From NCBI GenBank assembly GCA_030390025.1, contig CM059432.1:82896001-82960000 (forward strand): a stretch of DNA of 64,000 bases, read 5' to 3'. This document shows, piece after piece, positions 61,601 to 64,000 of this stretch. The notes below the pieces were generated by a model. It did not search any database. It saw nothing but the letters and a program-made list of their open reading frames with translations, and had not been told where the DNA came from. The first letter of the stretch is position 1. Every line of letters begins with the position of its first letter. Both the position numbers and the translations under genes were made by a program. This DNA comes from Squalus acanthias (Eukaryota).

Positions 61601-63700
61601 CCATTTCCTTGTTCCCCATTATAAATTCTCCCATTTCTGACTGTAAGGGACCTACATTTGTCTTCACTAATCTTTTTCTTTTTACATACTTGTAGAAGCT
61701 TTTACAGTCCGCTTTTATGTTCCTTGCAAGTTTACTCTCATACTTTTCCCCTCTTAATCTCTTGGTCCTTTTTTGCTGAACTCTAAACTGCTCCCAATTC
61801 TCAGGCTCGCTACTTTTTCTGGCAACTTTATATGACTCCTCTTTGGATCTAATACTATCCTTAATTTCTTTTGTTAGCCATGGTTGGGCCGCTTTTCCTT
61901 CTGTGTTTTTGCGCCAGAAAGTAATGTTGCAATTCATGCATTCGTTCCTTAAATGTTAGCCATTGCCTATCCACCGTCATGCCTTTTAATGAAGCTCCCC
62001 AATCTATCATAACCAACTCCCTCCTCAGACCTTCGTAGTTTCCTTTGTTTAGATTTAGGACCCTAGTTTCGGATTGGACTACTTCACTTTCCATCTTAAT
62101 GAAGAATTCTATCATGTTATGGTCACTCTTCCCTAAAGGACCCCGCACAGCAAGATTATTAATTAACCCCTTCTCATTGCACAATACCCAATCTAGGATA
62201 GCCTGTTCCCTAGTTGGCTCCTCAACGTACTGGTATAAAAAACCATCTCGTACACACTCCAGGAATTCATCCTCCACAGTACTTTTGCTAATTTGGTTTG
62301 GCCCGTCTATATGTAGATTAAAGGCACCCATGATTACTGTAGTACCCTTGTTACATGCATCTCTAATTTCCTGTTTGATGCCGTCCGCTACATTACCACT
62401 ACTGTTTGGAGGCCTATATACAACTCCCACCAATGTTTTCTGCCCCTTGGTGCTTCTTAGTTCCACCCAGACTGACTCTACATCTTGATTTTTGCAAACG
62501 CTTCAGCTTTGTCTTTTGCACTCATGTGCTGGGCTCCACCATCATTGAGGATAGGGATATTCATGGAGCCGCCTCCTCCCGTTAGTTGTTTAATGGTCCA
62601 CCACCATTCACAACTGGATGTGGCAGGACTGCAGAGCTTTGATCTGATCCGTTGATTGTGGGATTGCTTAGCTGTCTATAGCATGCTGCTTCCGCTTTTT
62701 AGCATGCATGCTGCAGCTTCCCTAGGTTGGCACCGCATTTTTAAGTTCGCCTGGTGCTGCTCCTGGCATGCTCTTCTACGCTCCTTATTGAACCAGGGTT
62801 GGTCCCCTGGCTTGATGGTAATGGTAGAGTGAGGGATATGCCAGGCCATGAGGTTACAGATTGTGGTGGAATACAATTTTGCTGCTGCTGATGGCCCACA
62901 GCGCCTCATGGATAGTTTTCGTGCCACACAACACGATGGAGGGTGTCTTCAGTGTGAAGGGGAGACTGCGCCTCCACAATGACTGTGCGGTGGTCACTGC
63001 TACCAATACCGTCATGGACAGATGCATCTGCGACAGGTAGATTGGTGAGGACGAGGTCAAGTAGTTTTTTCCCTCGTGTTGGTTCACTCACCACCTGTTG
63101 CAGGCCCAGACTGGCAGCTATGCCATTCAGGACTCGGCCAGCTCGATCAGTAGTGGTGCTACCGAGCCACTCTTGGTGATGGACATTGAAGTCCCCCATC
63201 CAGAGTACATTCTGTGCCCTTGCTACTCTCAGTGCTTCTTCCAAGTGGTGTTCAACATGGAGGAGTACTGATTCATCAGCTGAGGGAGGGCGGTGGGTGG
63301 CAATCAGCAGGAGGTTTCCTTGCCCATGCTTGACTTGAAGCCATGAGACTTCATGGGGTCCAAAATCAATTGTTGAGGACTCCCAGGGCCACTCCTTCTG
63401 ACTGTATATCACTGTGCCGCCACCCCTGGTGGGTCTGTCCTGCCGGTGGGACAGGGCATACCCAGGGATGGTGATGGAGGAGTTTGGGACATTGGCTGAA
63501 AGGTATGATTCTGTGAGTATGACTATGTCAGGCTGTTGCTTGACTAGTCTGTGGGACAACTCTCCCAATTTTGGCACAAGTCCCCAGATGTTGGTGAGGA
63601 GGACTTTGCAGGGTCGGATGGGCTGGGTGTGCCGTTGGCATGTCCGTAGCTGGTGCCGAGGTCAATGCTGGGTGGTGCGTCCGGTTTTATTCTTATTGGT
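58640..63700 (-). mobile_element. Second LINE family copy (APE at 62906-63577, deleted RT, 3' end), split by a CR1
   Basis: APE PDIVILTESYL, RPP, MGDFN, SDH; 3' part homologous to 45445-47100; collinear across the 59878-62490 insertion. Confidence 0.88.
59878..62490 (-). mobile_element. CR1 LINE ORF2 (APE-RT) and 3'UTR, frameshifted
   Basis: ORFs 61861..62466, 61228..61452, 60336..60713 and 59956..60399. Confidence 0.93.
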
Positions 63701-63919
63701 ACAATAAATGTATATTCTCTCCCACCGTTCACCAAACTCCCACCAAGATGGCCAGGAAACCTGCATTCCAGGTGTCAAATATTATTTTTGAGCTCATTGC
63801 TAGGAGGTGCACGATCTGTACCTGACTTCTGCTCACTCGCTTCCCAAAAGCACAGCTGAGAGTGGCAACACACTGTGTAGAGAATCTCCATCATCAACCA
63901 GCACCTTGCAGAGCTCATC

Positions 63920-64000
63920 CCTGACTTAGTGGTAGCACTCTCACCTCCGAGTCAGAAATTCATGGTTCAAGTACAATCCAGAGACTTGAGCACATAATCT
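63920..64000 (+). mobile_element. 5' head of a SacSINE1-like SINE (runs off the window edge)
   Basis: ggtagcactctcacctccgagtcagaa...ggttcaagt...gacttgagcac matches the head of 9980-10440. Confidence 0.75.

Overview
Eukaryotic vertebrate DNA, inferred to be a cartilaginous fish (shark-like) from its repeat families. The window lies inside the nuclear receptor coactivator 2 gene (NCOA2/GRIP1/TIF2) on the minus strand. Seven coding exons with canonical GT-AG boundaries (40933-41033, 29082-29259, 28044-28232, 21469-21570, 21216-21356, 18278-18425, 15582-16869) splice into one frame of about 715 codons. That frame covers the post-bHLH linker, PAS-A, PAS-B, the S/T-rich region and all three LxxLL NR boxes. 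I did not find the flanking exons, which probably lie outside the window. The introns are packed with nested transposons: many CR1 LINE copies, L2 fragments, a second LINE family, tRNA-derived SINEs including a Deu-domain SINE, decayed PIF/Harbinger elements, a hAT-type MITE and two minisatellites. The most notable observations are three. (1) A ~200 bp TSD-flanked hairpin element carries a complete-looking Penelope-type minimal hammerhead ribozyme, and a decayed twin-hammerhead element lies about 1 kb away. (2) A LINE appears to lack ORF1 and to begin with a tRNA/Pol III-type head, and a nearby SINE consists of that same head joined to the LINE's 3' tail. (3) A multi-layer Harbinger>CR1>Harbinger nest has junctions that can be reconstructed. 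There are no prokaryotic features and no CRISPR array. All calls are by eye; no alignments or database searches were run.
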